The translations under genes and the position numbers were made by a program. Below the pieces are notes generated by a model. It did no database searches. It was not told the origin of the DNA and saw nothing but the letters and a program-made list of their open reading frames with translations. This document shows positions 62,000 to 64,000 of a stretch of 64,000 nucleotides of DNA, in pieces (position 1 is the first letter of the stretch; each line of letters begins with the position of its first letter). Source of the DNA: Chiloscyllium plagiosum (lineage: Eukaryota); the NCBI RefSeq assembly GCF_004010195.1, contig NC_057719.1, positions 34,969,537 through 35,033,536 of the forward strand. Reading direction: 5' to 3'.

Positions 62000-64000
62000 C
62001 AACTGAAGCAAGGCTTCAATATTCCTGTTTCTGGATTAGAGGTGCTGAACTCAAATCCTGCAATAAAGGCTAACATTCCATTAGCCTTCCTTATACCTTG
62101 CTCCATCTCTATGACAGCCTTCAGTGGCTTGTTGAATACAATAACTTTGTACATCAACATTTTCCAACTTCTTGCCATTTAAGAAATTCCCAGTATATCT
62201 GTCTCTCCTGCCAATGTGGATAACCTCACATTTTCCACATTAGATTCCATTTGCCATGCTCTTGCTTACTTATTAAACCTGAAGCAACTCTGCATCCTCT
62301 CCACAGCATGTTTCTCACTTAGCTTTATATCAACTGCGAATTGGGAGATATTACATTTGAATCCTACATCCAAATCTTTCAATATATATTATGAACATCT
62401 GGGGACCAAGTACTGATCCTTGCAGTATCCCACTAGTCATGGGCTGTTGACAGTGTGGTGCTGGAAAAGCACAGCACGTCAGACAGCATCCGAGGAGCAA
62501 AAGAACAGAGGTTTCGGGCATAAGCCCTGCATGAGGGCTTTCCTCTAGCATCTGCAGTCCTCACTTTATACGAGTCATAGGCTGCCAATGTTAGAATGAC
62601 TTGTTTATTCCGACTGTTTTCTGCCTAGAATCACTGAGTTTCATGAAGAGATACAAAAGCAACCCCAGCCTATCTAGCCTCTGTTCATAGCAGGAACACT
62701 CCAACCAAGGCAATTTCCTGGTGAATCCCCTTTGTACCCCATCTAATGTAACCACATCATTCCTAGAGTTTAGTAAGCAGAATTGCACAGCTGTAACCCA
62801 ATTGTCTTTATAGGTCCTTCACAACCTCCCTGCTTTTTAATCAATGCCCTGACCAATAAAGGCAAGTATCAATCCCCACCAGAAAAAAATGCCTCCTTAA
62901 CCACCTCATTCACTCAATCTGTTGCCTTAAAAGGATCTATGAACATGCACACCAAGGTTCCTCTGATCCTTTTACTTCCTAGGATTCTACAATTCATGGT
63001 GTACTCCCTTGCCTCTCACTTGTACAGATTAAATTCCATTTGCCACCTGCTGTGCCTCATCTGACCAACCTGCCTGTATTATTCTAAGGCTTTCCTCATT
63101 GGCATTTACCATTGGCACTGGCATTTTCAGGTCACCTGATCAAATCTTTTATATTTGTGTCTAGGTAATTATGTGCACTATAACAGCAAGGGACTCAGCA
63201 ATGAACACTGCAGATGCCACTGGACATAGACGTCCAGTCACAAAAGCAATCTTCAACGATCTGCCTCCTTCCATTAAACCAGTTTTGGATCCAATTTGCC
63301 ATACTGCCCTGTATCCCTTGGGTTGTTACCATCCTGAGCAGACTCTTATGCAAGACTTTATCACTGTCTTACCGAAGTCACTGTAGACTACATCAACTGC
63401 AGTACCCTGAGCCACACCTAGTCACCTCCACACAACTCAAATCAAACCTGTCAGAGAAGATCACCCCCTGACAAAGCTAGACTGACTATCCATGATTAAT
63501 CCTGATCTCTTGAAGTGTAGACTAGTTCTGTCCTTAAGAACTTTTCCCAGAAGTTTCCCTACCAGTGATACTAGACTCACTGGTTTCTAGTTCTTTGATT
63601 TATCCTTACCACAGTTCTTGAATAATGCTATCACATTATTGTCCTCCAGTACCTCTCCAGTGACCAAAAAGATAAGCCTATTAACCAATCCTTAATCCAT
63701 GGTGGTAAATTACCCACTATCCCATGTACTTTAATTTTGCCAAACAATTTCTTTTGGGAGGTGGGAGAATCGTATCAAAAGTCTGAAGATCCTAGTAAAC
63801 TACATCCCTGTATCAATTTTATTAATAACCTCCTCAAAAACTCCAACAAATTTGTGAAACATTATTTCCTATTTACAAATCCATGCTGACCATATCCATC
63901 AGATTATTATTATCCAAGTATTCAGTTATTTCATCCTGTATAATATATTCTATTGTAGCCCTGTTGTTGATGTACGGCTAACAAGTCTACAGTTCCTTCT
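62000..64000 (-). mobile_element. CR1-clade LINE fragments
   Basis: SGILQGSVLGPQMFIIYI and LDGVQRGFTRKLP remnants on -. Confidence 0.7.
62447..62572. mobile_element. Family A PLE mini insertion with about 12-bp TSD
   Basis: AGTCATGGGCTG (62435-62446) / AGTCATAGGCTG (62573-62584). Confidence 0.75.

Noticed and set aside
3452..62572. Recurrent gctggaaaagcacagcaggtcaggcagcatcc motif as a CRISPR-like or regulatory repeat
   Set aside because: Dispersed, in both orientations, with TSDs and no spacer array; it is a PLE-derived interspersed repeat in a vertebrate genome
63010..63060. Minus-strand TAC AA|GTGAGA as a further NEMF exon
   Set aside because: The upstream sequence reads as CR1 RT (WQMEFN), not the expected NEMF FAIPICAPY segment. 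No additional NEMF exon was found in 57028-64000.

Overview
Vertebrate genomic DNA, very likely from a cartilaginous fish (shark), judged by HE1-like tRNA SINEs, HER1-like CR1 LINEs and the protein sequences. The window holds the conserved KLHDC1-KLHDC2-NEMF block. On + are the last coding exon of KLHDC1 (1628-1760) and a complete 13-coding-exon KLHDC2 gene (ATG 6457, stop 51046; I spliced it by hand to 1269 nt / 422 aa, all introns GT-AG and in phase). On - are the last three coding exons of NEMF (57027 to 54302), convergent with KLHDC2. Introns and spacers are mostly decayed retroelements (CR1, Rex1-like, SINEs), plus two Tc1/mariner-type MITEs, a probable solo LTR and a 614-nt assembly gap. 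The most striking unexplained structure is a dense set of Penelope-like elements (PLEs) and their tiny non-coding fold-back derivatives, from at least four sequence families. They carry minimal type-I hammerhead ribozyme motifs (CUGANGA - stem II - GAAA - palindromic stem III - NUH), inverted pseudo-LTRs, ~35-nt 3' tails and recurring ~12-13-bp target-site duplications. Gene identities come from my recall of the human proteins, not from a database search.
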